Below, one piece after another: positions 29,297-38,540 of a stretch of 64,000 nt of DNA. The notes beneath the pieces are model-generated. The model was not told the origin of the DNA. It was given only the letters and a program-made list of their open reading frames with translations, and searched no databases. Made by a program: the position numbers and the translations under genes. Position 1 is the stretch's first letter. Each line of letters begins with the position of its first letter. Origin of the DNA: Candidatus Omnitrophota bacterium (GTDB taxonomy: Bacteria > Omnitrophota > Gorgyraeia > JAGLLT01); assembly GCA_023140385.1 (NCBI GenBank), contig JAGLLT010000039.1, positions 34,381 to 98,380 of the forward strand. The letters are read 5' to 3'.

Positions 29297-29911
29297 GTGA
29301 TTGGTAAAATGTACCTAAGAAAATCAATTGAGACTTATTTAAAAGATCTTTCCGCGAAAAAATCGGCTCCGGGCGGAGGCAGCGCGGCCGGCCTGACCGC
29401 GGCTCTGGGAGCCTCTTTGGCTTGTATGGTTCTTCAATTTTCCGCGAAAAACAACCGGACAGCCGCGTTATTGAAAAAAGCCGGGTTTCTCAGGAAGAAA
29501 TTTGCCTGCCTAACGGACGATGACATCACGGTTTATCAAAAAGTTTCTCTTGCCTATAAGCTGCCCAAATCAACCGAAACTCAGAAAGCAAGAAGAAGAG
29601 AACGGATTCAGCGGTCTTTAAAATCAGCCCTTTCTGTCTGTGAGGAACTTTGCGAATTGTGTTATGAAGGTATGATGATTACAAAGAGACTGCTTAGGGT
29701 CGGTAATGAAAAATTGATTTCCGATACGGGAATAAGTCTTCTTCTTTTTGAAGCGGCCTACCAGTCATCTCTCTATAACGTTAAAATCAACCTTAGAGGA
29801 ATTAAGGATATAAACTTGAGAAAAAAAGTTAGGCGAAACATAACGGCCTTAAGTAAAAAAGTATCAGCTTTAAAGATAGAAGTTGTAAAAAGAGTAGATA
29901 ACGTCTTATGA
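29297..29911 (+). CDS. fchA: Methenyltetrahydrofolate cyclohydrolase / formimidoyl-THF cyclodeaminase-like (FTCD_C family)
   Basis: KKSAPGGGSAAGLTAALGASLACMV motif. The gene is adjacent to folD. Confidence 0.65.
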   Translation: MIGKMYLRKSIETYLKDLSAKKSAPGGGSAAGLTAALGASLACMVLQFSAKNNRTAALLKKAGFLRKKFACLTDDDITVYQKVSLAYKLPKSTETQKARRRERIQRSLKSALSVCEELCELCYEGMMITKRLLRVGNEKLISDTGISLLLFEAAYQSSLYNVKINLRGIKDINLRKKVRRNITALSKKVSALKIEVVKRVDNVL

Positions 29912-30831
29912 GCGCTAAAATTTTAGACGGCAAGTCCATTGCCTCAAAAATTAAAGAGGAATTAAGGAAAGAAATAGAGTCTTTGATAAAAAAATATCAA
30001 AAGGTTCCTGTCTTAGTTTCTATTCAGGTTAGCCGGGACGCGGGTATTGAGAGTTATGTAAAAGCTCAAAAGAAGGCGGCTGACCGCCTGGGAATTGGAT
30101 ATCAGCGGCTGGTATTACCAGAAGACATTGACGCCGGAGGACTTGTTGAAAAAATCGAAGAACTAAATAATAGAGATGAGGTTACGGCTATTATCCTACA
30201 ACAGCCTTTATCCGAAAGGGTAATGGAGGAAGAAAGGCGGGGCAACATATCAAAAACAGCCTTTGAGCAGTTTATAGATGCCGCGAAGGATGTTGAAGGG
30301 ATGCATTTAAAAAATTTAGGAAATTTGTTTTACGGCTCTAAGTTAGAAACAGCTGGTTTTGGCAAACTCGCTCCCTGCACGGCTATGGCGGTTATGGAAT
30401 TATTAGATTCCCTAAATAGAGATCCGCGCGAAGAAAATTTACGCGGCAAAGAAGTGGTGATAGTGGGGCACAGCAAAATTATAGGCAAGCCTTTAGCCTT
30501 ATTATTATTAAATAGATTCGCGACAACCACTGTTTGTCATATTGCTACTTCAGAAAGAAATCATTTAGAGGAGCACGTCAAAAGAGCCGAAGTTTTAATT
30601 TCAGCGGTGGGGCAGCCCGGCCTAATAAAAGGCGGTTGGATAAAAGAAGGAGCGGTTGTTATTGACATTGGAACCAGCAGGATAAATGGCAAGCTTGCGG
30701 GTGACGTAGAATTTGATAAGGCCAAAGAGCGAGCTTCCTACATAACGCCTGTGCCGGGCGGAGTGGGGCCGTTGACGACAACTATGCTGATGAAAAACGT
30801 CATTACTTTATATCGTAAGGCCAATGATTAA
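29908..30831 (+). CDS. folD: Bifunctional methylene-THF dehydrogenase/cyclohydrolase
   Basis: ILDGK start and the C-terminal YITPVPGGVGPLT. It carries an insertion of about 20 aa relative to typical FolD. Confidence 0.85.
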   Translation: MSAKILDGKSIASKIKEELRKEIESLIKKYQKVPVLVSIQVSRDAGIESYVKAQKKAADRLGIGYQRLVLPEDIDAGGLVEKIEELNNRDEVTAIILQQPLSERVMEEERRGNISKTAFEQFIDAAKDVEGMHLKNLGNLFYGSKLETAGFGKLAPCTAMAVMELLDSLNRDPREENLRGKEVVIVGHSKIIGKPLALLLLNRFATTTVCHIATSERNHLEEHVKRAEVLISAVGQPGLIKGGWIKEGAVVIDIGTSRINGKLAGDVEFDKAKERASYITPVPGGVGPLTTTMLMKNVITLYRKAND

Positions 30832-31708
30832 AAAAATATCGGACATCCTGAAGAAAAAAGAACGGACTCTTTCCTTTGAGTTTTTTCCTCCGAAGACACA
30901 GAAGGGCCGCCTTAAACTGTTTGAGACAGTGCTTCTATTAAAAGACCTCCAGCCTGATTTTGTTTCTGTAACTTACGGAGCAGGCGGCAATACCAGAGAG
31001 CTGACGCTGGATGTAGTATGTGAGTTAGAAAAACGTTTTGGCCTTTCCGTAATGCATCATCTTACCTGCATCGGACACAGCTTGGGGGAAATAGAGAAGA
31101 TAATTAGCCAAATGCGGGAGAAAGGCATTTGTAATGTTCTGGCCTTATATGGTGATATTCCTCTTGATGAAGCTATGCCCTCTTTAGCCCTCGGCGAGTT
31201 AAAGTACTGTTATCAGCTTTGCCGGCTGTTAAGGTCTTACGGAGATTATTTTAGTATAGGCGTGGCCGGTTTTCCTGAAGGGCATATAAACTCTCCTGAT
31301 AAAGAAACTGACATAAAACATCTTAAGGCCAAGTTAACATCCGGAGGGGAGTTTGTAATAACCCAGCTTTTTTTTGACAATAACGACTACTTTGATTACG
31401 TTAAAAAAATAAGGAAAGCGGGCATAGCGGCGAAGGTTATCCCGGGCGTACTGCCTATAACAGATTATTATAAGTTATTAAACTTCTGCCAGCGATGCGG
31501 CGCCGGTGTTCCCGAGTTAGTTCATAGACTGTTTAAGCCTATAGCGGATAACAAGGAGACTGTTTATAAAAAAGGGGTTGAATTTACGCTGAAACAGTGC
31601 CGCCAGCTTCTTGCCGGCGGAGCGCCCGGCCTCCACTTCTTTACTCTTAATAAAGCTGATCCGGCTAGGGAAATAGTAAACGAGCTCAGGCGTTCAAAAA
31701 GTGGTTAA
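30824..31708 (+). CDS. metF: 5,10-methylenetetrahydrofolate reductase
   Basis: LSFEFFPPKT N-terminus and a TIM-barrel MetF pattern. Confidence 0.8.
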   Translation: MIKKISDILKKKERTLSFEFFPPKTQKGRLKLFETVLLLKDLQPDFVSVTYGAGGNTRELTLDVVCELEKRFGLSVMHHLTCIGHSLGEIEKIISQMREKGICNVLALYGDIPLDEAMPSLALGELKYCYQLCRLLRSYGDYFSIGVAGFPEGHINSPDKETDIKHLKAKLTSGGEFVITQLFFDNNDYFDYVKKIRKAGIAAKVIPGVLPITDYYKLLNFCQRCGAGVPELVHRLFKPIADNKETVYKKGVEFTLKQCRQLLAGGAPGLHFFTLNKADPAREIVNELRRSKSG

Positions 31709-31719
31709 GGAGTTATCAT

Positions 31720-32562
31720 ATGCGGGATGATAGAATAACTATACCTCATTTAGTTAAGATGAAAAAGGACAAGCGTAAAATTACTATGCTCACCGCCTAC
31801 GATCATCCTCTGGCTTTGTTGGTTGACAGGTGCGGAATTGACATTATTTTAGTCGGAGACTCGTTAGGCAATGTTGTTTTGGGTTACGATTCGACAGTAC
31901 CGGTAACAATGGAGGAGATGATACATCACGCGAAGGCCGTCCGCCGGGCGGTCAGCCATGCCTTTTTGATAGGTGATTTACCATTTATGTCATATAATAT
32001 AAGCCCCAGGGAAGCCGTAAGGAACGCCGGCAGGTTTTTAAAAGAAGCAGGGTGTGACGCGGTAAAACTGGAAGGCGGTGAAGAGACGGTGGACGCGGTA
32101 AGCCGCATAGTAAAGGCCGGTATACCGGTTTTGGGCCATCTGGGCCTTACCCCCCAGACTATTTCCAAGCTTGGAGGTTTTAAGGTGCAGGGAAGGGACG
32201 CGAAAGGGGCGCGTAAAATTATAAACTCCGCTTTAGCCCTTCAGGAAGCGGGGTGTTTTGGTATTGTGCTTGAATGTATACCTGATAAGGTAGCCGGAAT
32301 TATATCGGAAAAGCTTGATATTTTTACTTTGGGCATCGGCGCCGGGCCGCGGTGCGACGGCCAGGTTTTAGTGCTTCATGATCTACTGGGGCTTTACAGC
32401 GGATTTAAGCCGAAATTTGTTAAACAGTACGCTGACTTATCGGGCGATATACAGTCAGCTGTGACTGCTTTTAAAAATGATATAGAAGAGGGCAGGTTCC
32501 CTACGAAGGATTTTTCTTTTGCTATGAGTGATAAAGAGGCGCGGAAGTTAAATGAAGACTAA
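31720..32562 (+). CDS. panB: 3-methyl-2-oxobutanoate hydroxymethyltransferase
   Basis: KITMLTAYDHPLALLVDRCGIDIILVGDSLGNVVLGYDST is a near-canonical PanB motif. Confidence 0.9.
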   Translation: MRDDRITIPHLVKMKKDKRKITMLTAYDHPLALLVDRCGIDIILVGDSLGNVVLGYDSTVPVTMEEMIHHAKAVRRAVSHAFLIGDLPFMSYNISPREAVRNAGRFLKEAGCDAVKLEGGEETVDAVSRIVKAGIPVLGHLGLTPQTISKLGGFKVQGRDAKGARKIINSALALQEAGCFGIVLECIPDKVAGIISEKLDIFTLGIGAGPRCDGQVLVLHDLLGLYSGFKPKFVKQYADLSGDIQSAVTAFKNDIEEGRFPTKDFSFAMSDKEARKLNED

Positions 32563-33649
32563 AAGAATTTTTTTAGCCGCGACAAAACAGAATGACGGCA
32601 AGACATCTGCCAGCCTGGGGCTGATAAGCGCTTTTTCAAAGAAAACGGCCAATGTAGGCTTTATAAAACCGGTCGGACAGAGATATCTGATAGAAAAAGG
32701 GGAAAAGATTGACGAAGATTCTATTTTAATCAAAGGGGTTTGCGGATTAAAAGACGGCTTAAAGGATATGTCGCCTATAGCCGTTGAAAGAGGATTTACG
32801 GCAAGATATATCGAGGGCGGAAAGAAGCAGGTCTTAGCCGGGTTGGTAAAAAGGTCTTTTGAGCGTGTATCAAAAGATAAAAATCTGGTTATTATTGAAG
32901 GAACCGGGCACGCCGGAGTGGGCAGTGTTTTTGATCTGTCAAATGCCAGGGTTGCCAGCTTACTTAAAAGTAAGGTTATTATAATCTCCAGCGGAGGTGT
33001 CGGCCGGCCAATTGATGAAGTAATGTTAAGCAAAGCTTTATTTGATAGGGAGAAAGTGGATGTTTTGGGGGTTATCATAAACAAGGTTTTACCGGGTAAG
33101 TATAAAAAAATAAAGCGCTTAATCAATCTGGGCTTTAAGCGCAAAGGACTAAAAGTTTTTGGAATTATTCCTTATTATAAGATGTTATCCAGGCCTACGG
33201 TTGGCCAAATACTTGAAGAAGAAAAATCCATAAAATATCTCTGCGGCAAAAAAGGGCTGGAAAATCCGGTGGATAAGGTTATTGTAGGGGCAATGGAGCC
33301 GCATGAGGCGTTAAATTATATATCTGATAACAGTCTGATTATTACACCGGGCGACAGGGAAGACATAATGCTTACATGTATGAGTTCTCATCTGGCCTCG
33401 GGTGAAAGCGAAAGCAGTATATCCGGCATAGTTTTAACCGGAGGAATAAAGCCTCACAGGAGTATATTAAATTTAATAAAGAAAACGGATATACCTGTCC
33501 TCGTGGCAGAGGAAGATACTTATACGATTACCTCTAAAATTCATGATTTAATTATTAAGGTGAAACCCCGCGACGCGGAAAAAACTGAAATTATAAAAAA
33601 GATGGTTGAGCGGTATGTTGACATTGACTGTCTTTACAACTCTATTTAA
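32552..33649 (+). CDS. AAA_26 (BioD-like) + DRTGG domain protein resembling the N-terminal region of phosphotransacetylase
   Basis: FLAATKQNDGKTSASLGL P-loop-like segment and the PGDREDI (DRTGG) motif. Confidence 0.5.
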   Translation: MKTKRIFLAATKQNDGKTSASLGLISAFSKKTANVGFIKPVGQRYLIEKGEKIDEDSILIKGVCGLKDGLKDMSPIAVERGFTARYIEGGKKQVLAGLVKRSFERVSKDKNLVIIEGTGHAGVGSVFDLSNARVASLLKSKVIIISSGGVGRPIDEVMLSKALFDREKVDVLGVIINKVLPGKYKKIKRLINLGFKRKGLKVFGIIPYYKMLSRPTVGQILEEEKSIKYLCGKKGLENPVDKVIVGAMEPHEALNYISDNSLIITPGDREDIMLTCMSSHLASGESESSISGIVLTGGIKPHRSILNLIKKTDIPVLVAEEDTYTITSKIHDLIIKVKPRDAEKTEIIKKMVERYVDIDCLYNSI

Positions 33650-33681
33650 TCAAAATTTGATTATACTTTTATGGAAAAATT

Positions 33682-33710
33682 AAAAGCCCGCTTGGATAAA
33701 GCGGGCTTTT
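33682..33710. terminator. Bidirectional intrinsic terminator (aaaagcccgc-ttggataaa-gcgggctttt)
   Basis: Perfect GC stem flanked by an A-run and a T-run. It serves the + strand DRTGG gene and the minus-strand micro-ORF. Confidence 0.7.
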
Positions 33711-33738
33711 AAAAAGATAAATTAATTTTATTAAATTC

Positions 33739-33852
33739 TTACTTTTTTTTCTTCGCTGCTTTTTTCTTTACTACCTTTTTCTTTGTAGTTGCTTTTTTCT
33801 TTGTTGTCGCTTTTTTCTTTACTACTTTCTTTTTAGCCGCTTTTTTTGCCAT
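33739..33852 (-). CDS. 37-aa lysine/alanine-rich basic protein (histone H1 tail-like). Not in the six-frame track because it is shorter than 60 aa
   Basis: Minus-strand ATG at 33852 is preceded by a GGAGGTG RBS. Translation is MAKKAAKKKVVKKKATTKKKATTKKKVVKKKAAKKKK* with 18-nt periodic codon repeats. It has its own promoter and terminator. Confidence 0.5.
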   Translation of the reverse strand: MAKKAAKKKVVKKKATTKKKATTKKKVVKKKAAKKKK

Positions 33853-33899
33853 CTCCAACCACCTCCCCTTTTTTTACAATCCCTGTTAAATCCAAAATA

Positions 33900-33928
33900 A
33901 TTATACACTATAATTTAAAAAAAAACAA
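33900..33928 (-). promoter_or_regulatory. Candidate minus-strand promoter for the micro-ORF (TTGTTT-17-TATAAT)
   Basis: Read as the reverse complement of 33900-33928. Confidence 0.35.
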
Positions 33929-33946
33929 GACAGCTGAAATATTTTT

Positions 33947-33975
33947 TTGACAAAGCGGCTTTAATAAATTATAAT
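33947..33975 (+). promoter_or_regulatory. Consensus sigma70 promoter for the rnf operon (TTGACA-17-TATAAT)
   Basis: ttgaca aagcggctttaataaat tataat, about 50 nt upstream of the rnfC TTG start. Confidence 0.55.
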
Positions 33976-34024
33976 AGAAAGAATATTAGCGGGCTATAAG
34001 TTTTTTTGATGGAGGGTATATATT

Positions 34025-35338
34025 TTGTTAAAAACATTTACCGGCGGCATCCGTCTCGCGGGACATAAAGAAGCGACCGCGAACAGCTCAATAGAAATCC
34101 CATCTTTACCCGAGCAGGTTATTATTCCTCTTATTCAGTATGGCGGCAGGTTGTGTGAACCATTAGTAAAAACCGGCGAGAGAGTAAAGGCCGGACAGCT
34201 TATCGGTTTTTCTCAAGACTCTTTGTCGGTTGCTGTGCACTCGAGCATTTCAGGAAAGGTGGCGCGGATAGGCGAGTTTGCTCATCCTGATTTTGAAAAG
34301 GCCAGGGCTATTTTGATAGAATCTGACGGGTTAGACGAAAAGGCGCGGGAGGTTTCGGAAAAAGATTATCAAAGTTTATCGAAGGAAGAATTATTAAATC
34401 GTATAAGAAATGCCGGAGTTGTAGGGATGGGCGGCGCTTCTTTTCCGACTCATGTTAAATTAAACCCGCCGCGTAATAAAAAGGTTAACTTTTTTGTCGT
34501 AAATATGTTTGAGTGTGAGCCCTATATAACTACCGATTATCGTTTAGCAATAGAAAGATGCGAAGAAATTTTATCCGGCGTAAATATTTTTTTAAAAATT
34601 CTTGAGGTAGAAACCGCCTATATTGCCATAGGGGCTAATAAAAAAGAGGCTCTGGATATTTTAAAAGAGAAGACCGCTAAATTTGAGCGGATAAAGATAG
34701 CGGCCCTTAAGCCAAAATTTCCTCAGGGTGAAGAAAAGTGTTTGATAAAGGCGGTGTTAAACAAAGAGGTTCCCCGCGGCAAACTGCCTTATGAGGCGGG
34801 GGCTATTGTTTGTAATCCCCAGACTATAATTACGGTTTATGAAGCTGTTTGTTTAGGCAAGCCTTTGTATGAAAAGGTGATAACGGTTACGGGAAAAGGT
34901 ATAAAAAAACCGGGGAATCTGAAGGTTAGAATTGGAACACTGTTAAAAGATATTATAGAGTATTCCGGCGGAGTATTTGAAGAGGAGATGGAGGTAATCT
35001 TTGGCGGGCCTATGATGGGGAGGGCGCAGACTGATATCAATGTGCCCGTTGTTAAAGGAACGTCGGGAATAATTTTTCTTCCCGCGAAAAGCTTAGACCT
35101 TTCGAAAGAAAGCGCCTGCATCAGGTGCGGCAGATGTGTTGAAGTCTGCCCTGTCAGGCTGCTTCCCCTGGAAATTAATAAGTTAGTAAAGAATAAGAAG
35201 TGGGAAAGATTAAACGCTTATCATATTTCTGAGTGTATGTTGTGCGGAGCCTGTGCTTATGTCTGTCCTTCCAAGATTCCTCTTGTGCAAAGATTAAAGC
35301 TGGGGCAGAAGATTACTAAAAGATTGCAAAAAAAGTAA
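34025..35338 (+). CDS. rnfC: Rnf/Rsx electron transport complex subunit C
   Basis: The N-terminus GGIRLAGHKE...GFSQDSLSVAVHSSISGKV and the NADH/FMN domain are present. Two 4Fe-4S motifs are CIRCGRCVEVCP and CMLCGACAYVCP. Confidence 0.8.
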   Translation: MLKTFTGGIRLAGHKEATANSSIEIPSLPEQVIIPLIQYGGRLCEPLVKTGERVKAGQLIGFSQDSLSVAVHSSISGKVARIGEFAHPDFEKARAILIESDGLDEKAREVSEKDYQSLSKEELLNRIRNAGVVGMGGASFPTHVKLNPPRNKKVNFFVVNMFECEPYITTDYRLAIERCEEILSGVNIFLKILEVETAYIAIGANKKEALDILKEKTAKFERIKIAALKPKFPQGEEKCLIKAVLNKEVPRGKLPYEAGAIVCNPQTIITVYEAVCLGKPLYEKVITVTGKGIKKPGNLKVRIGTLLKDIIEYSGGVFEEEMEVIFGGPMMGRAQTDINVPVVKGTSGIIFLPAKSLDLSKESACIRCGRCVEVCPVRLLPLEINKLVKNKKWERLNAYHISECMLCGACAYVCPSKIPLVQRLKLGQKITKRLQKK

Positions 35339-35411
35339 TATCAAAAGTAGTATGAAAAATCGTAAGGAAACCGAGTAATTTTAAAGGAGTTATATTTATT
35401 ATAAGGAGAGA

Positions 35412-35576
35412 GGGAAATCCTAAATACTAAATCCGAAACACTAAACAAATCCAAATGTCCAAAATACAAAATCCAAAACAGTTTAGAACATTTAGATTTT
35501 GAATTTAGAATTTGTTTAGAATTTAGAAATTAGGGCTTAGAGTTTTTAAACGTATAAAGGGTAAATAGTTTTGACA
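35412..35576. repeat. Intra-operon repeat element copy 1 (imperfect long palindrome + conserved tail gagtttttaaacgtataaagggtaaatagttttg)
   Basis: It shares the gggaaatcctaaatactaa head and the tail with 37699-37888. Internal arms ctaaat.../...atttag are inverted. Confidence 0.6.
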
Positions 35577-35578
35577 AT

Positions 35579-36547
35579 ATGCAAGAAACCGAACAGGAAG
35601 GCGAAATGAGTTTAAATCTAACTACCAATGAACCGCCGTACTTAAAAAGTAGTGATAATACAAGAAAGGTAATGCTGACTGTTATCGCGGCGCTTCTTCC
35701 CGCGGTTATTGCCGGTACCTATTTTTTCGGGCCCAGAGCTTTTTTATTAATTGTCGTTTGCGTAAGTACCTGCGTGGTTTCAGAGTTTTTAATTCAGAGG
35801 CTAAGAGGAGTTAAGACAACCATCGGAGATTTAAGCGCCGTGCTTACAGGTTTATTGCTGGCTCTGGTTTTACCTCCCGGACTGCCTCTCTGGGCGGCTG
35901 TTCTGGGCGCTGTGGTTTCGATATTTTTAGGTAAGCAGATTTTTGGAGGATTGGGCGCGAATATATTTAATCCCGCTTTAATAGGCAGAGCATTTCTAAC
36001 GGCTACCTTTCCTGTTATGATGACCGCCTGGACTAAGCCCTTTAGCCTGGAGGCTGTAACGACGGCTACACCCCTGGGACTGATGAAGTTTGAAGGTGTG
36101 GGAACATCGGTAAGCGCGCTTCTTATGGGAAACACAGCAGGCTGTATAGGTGAGACATCGGCCATAGCTTTAATTCTGGGAGGAATATTTCTTTTATTCA
36201 GGAAGGCGGCCGACTGGAGAATTCCCCTGGGGTATTTGAGCGCCGTAGCTGCTTGCTCCTTCCTTTTAAACTGTTTTAATCCGTCAAAATATCCTTCCGT
36301 GAACTTTGAAATTTTGGCGGGAGGGCTTTTAATAGGCGCTATCTTTATGGCTACTGATCCCGCGACCTCTCCCATTACGAAAAAGGGAAGATGGATATTT
36401 GCCGTAGGCTGCGGGTTGATAACTATAATTATCAGACGCTGGGGAGGACTGCCGGAAGGTGTTATGTATTCTATATTATTTATGAACGCTTTAAGGCCGT
36501 TAATAGACAGATATACCAGGCCTGTTTGTTTTGGAGGCGCGCTGTGA
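35579..36547 (+). CDS. rnfD: Rnf complex subunit D (NqrB-like)
   Basis: Polytopic membrane protein with the FMATDPATSP flavin-attachment motif. Confidence 0.85.
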   Translation: MQETEQEGEMSLNLTTNEPPYLKSSDNTRKVMLTVIAALLPAVIAGTYFFGPRAFLLIVVCVSTCVVSEFLIQRLRGVKTTIGDLSAVLTGLLLALVLPPGLPLWAAVLGAVVSIFLGKQIFGGLGANIFNPALIGRAFLTATFPVMMTAWTKPFSLEAVTTATPLGLMKFEGVGTSVSALLMGNTAGCIGETSAIALILGGIFLLFRKAADWRIPLGYLSAVAACSFLLNCFNPSKYPSVNFEILAGGLLIGAIFMATDPATSPITKKGRWIFAVGCGLITIIIRRWGGLPEGVMYSILFMNALRPLIDRYTRPVCFGGAL

Positions 36548-37104
36548 AAAAAGGTTTGAAAATAACCCTGACTCTTACTTTAATCGCGGTTTTATCAGGA
36601 GCAATTCTGGCAGAGGTATATAAAGTAACCGTTGAAGATATTAAGGCCAATCAGAAAAAGGAGATAGAGGAGGCTGTTTTTAGTGTTTTACCCGGGGCGA
36701 AAGAGTATAAAAGAGAGACCCGCGGTAGCCGGGAGTTTTTTAAATGTTTTGACGATAAAGCGGAGTTGCGCGGTATCGCCTTTGTGGCGGAAGGCATTGG
36801 TTATCAGGATATAATTAAGGTTGTGGTGGGAGTGGACAGCGGCCTGTCTAAAATTACGGGAATAAGAGTAATTGCCCACAATGAAACGCCCGGCCTGGGA
36901 GCAAAGATAAGCGAGGGTTGGTTTGAGGAGCAGTTTAAGGGCTTGTCTGCCGCGGTAAGACTGGATTTGGTTAAAGGTGAACCGGATAAAAAAAATCAGA
37001 TTCAGGCAATTACCGGGGCAACTATCTCCTCGCAGGCCTTGGTGGATATTATTAATAAAGAGATAGAGGATATCAAAAAGCATAAGGTAGGCAATTGTGA
37101 CTAA
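36544..37104 (+). CDS. rnfG: Rnf complex subunit G (FMN-binding)
   Basis: GTG start overlaps the rnfD stop. N-terminal TM helix and the FMN-binding motif ITGATISS. Confidence 0.8.
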   Translation: MKKGLKITLTLTLIAVLSGAILAEVYKVTVEDIKANQKKEIEEAVFSVLPGAKEYKRETRGSREFFKCFDDKAELRGIAFVAEGIGYQDIIKVVVGVDSGLSKITGIRVIAHNETPGLGAKISEGWFEEQFKGLSAAVRLDLVKGEPDKKNQIQAITGATISSQALVDIINKEIEDIKKHKVGNCD

Positions 37105-37711
37105 AACTCCGGTAATATTAAAAGATTTTGCTAAAGGGCTCTGGCAGGAAAATCCTGTATTCCGGCTTTTGATTGGTATGTGCCCTACCCTGGCAGTGAC
37201 TTCTCAGGCGCAAAACGGCCTTGCTATGGGTTTGGCCACATCCTTTACCCTGATTGCTTCAAGTACCATTGTTTCCATTTTCAGGAAACTGATTCCTAAA
37301 GAAGTAAGAATTCCTTCTTATATATTAATTATCGCTACTTTTGTAACCATTGTTTCTCTTTATTTACAGGCCAAATTTCCGGATATAAGCAAGGACCTGG
37401 GCCCTTATATACCTTTAATAATAGTTAACTGTCTCATCCTGGGGAGGCAGGAGGTCTTTGCCTCAAAAAATCCGACACATAGAGCCGCGGCTGACGCTTT
37501 AGGGATGGGACTGGGATTTACTATTTCCCTCGTAGCCCTGGGGATGGTGAGAGAACTGCTTGGCTCCGGAACTATCTTCTCCTTTAAAGTTTTAGGAGAC
37601 GGTTTTAGGCCGTGGATTATTATGCTGACCCCTCCCGGAGCTTTTTTAAGCCTGGGACTGATGCTGGGAATGATAAATATTATTGACAGGTTGTTGAAAG
37701 GGAAATCCTAA
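37097..37711 (+). CDS. rnfE: Rnf complex subunit E
   Basis: NCLILGRQEVFASKN and LTPPGAFLSLGLMLGM match the RnfE/RsxE pattern. Confidence 0.8.
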   Translation: MTKTPVILKDFAKGLWQENPVFRLLIGMCPTLAVTSQAQNGLAMGLATSFTLIASSTIVSIFRKLIPKEVRIPSYILIIATFVTIVSLYLQAKFPDISKDLGPYIPLIIVNCLILGRQEVFASKNPTHRAAADALGMGLGFTISLVALGMVRELLGSGTIFSFKVLGDGFRPWIIMLTPPGAFLSLGLMLGMINIIDRLLKGKS

Positions 37712-37888
37712 ATACTAAGCACTAAATACTAAACAAATCCAAATATCCAAAATACAAATGACCAAAACAAAGACACTTAAGGTTTATAACATTTGAGCAT
37801 TAGAATTTTGAAATTATTTAGGATTTAGATATTAGGATTTAGAGTTTGTTTAGAGTTTTTTAAACGTATAAAGGGTAAATAGTTTTGG
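37699..37888. repeat. Intra-operon repeat element copy 2 (starts within the last codons of rnfE)
   Basis: Same head and tail as copy 1. The central region is a divergent imperfect palindrome. Confidence 0.6.
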
Positions 37889-37918
37889 CAGTACGAAAAA
37901 AGGTGTGAAGGTTAAGAT

Positions 37919-38506
37919 ATGATAAAAGAGTTGATTTTAGTTTTTGTCGCGGCCGTGCTTGTAAATAATTTTGTTTTAAAGTACTTTTTAGGCATATGCC
38001 CCTTTCTGGGTGTATCTGATAATCTGCACTCTGCCGTTAGTATGGGTTTTGCCACAACCTTTGTGATGAGCATTACCGCGCCGGTTGCCTGGTGCATCAA
38101 ACATTTTGTCCTTGATAAATTGGGCCTGCCCTTTCTTGAGTACGTTTGTTTTATAATAGTCATAGCTTCTCTGGTGCAGTTTGTGGAGATGGTTATAAAG
38201 AAATTTTATCCGGCTTTGCACCAGGCTATGGGTATTTATCTGCCGCTGATTACGACTAACTGCGCTATACTCTTTATGGCCCTGCAGTTGGTTTTACGCG
38301 AGTATTCATTATTAAGAAGTATAGTTTTTGGTTTTGGTTCAGGCTTAGGCTTTACACTGGCTATTACCATTATGGCGGGAATCAGGGAAGAGATAGAGTT
38401 TTGTGATGTGCCCCGCTGTCTTAAGGGGCCGGGTATTACCCTGATCATCGCGGGCCTGCTGGCCTTAATCTTTGTAGGTTTAGGCGGGTTAATTAAGGTT
38501 AATTAA
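37919..38506 (+). CDS. rnfA: Rnf complex subunit A
   Basis: LILVFVAAVLVNNFVLKYFLGICPFLGVS is a canonical RnfA N-terminus. Confidence 0.85.
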   Translation: MIKELILVFVAAVLVNNFVLKYFLGICPFLGVSDNLHSAVSMGFATTFVMSITAPVAWCIKHFVLDKLGLPFLEYVCFIIVIASLVQFVEMVIKKFYPALHQAMGIYLPLITTNCAILFMALQLVLREYSLLRSIVFGFGSGLGFTLAITIMAGIREEIEFCDVPRCLKGPGITLIIAGLLALIFVGLGGLIKVN

Positions 38507-38540
38507 ATTTTTAGCATAACTAAAAGGACTTAAGTTTTCA

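Noticed and set aside
36391-36547. Long N-terminal extension of rnfG starting at 36391
   Set aside because: It would overlap 150 nt of rnfD. The conserved RnfG N-terminus (MKKGLKITLTL + TM) starts at GTG 36544, which overlaps the rnfD stop codon.
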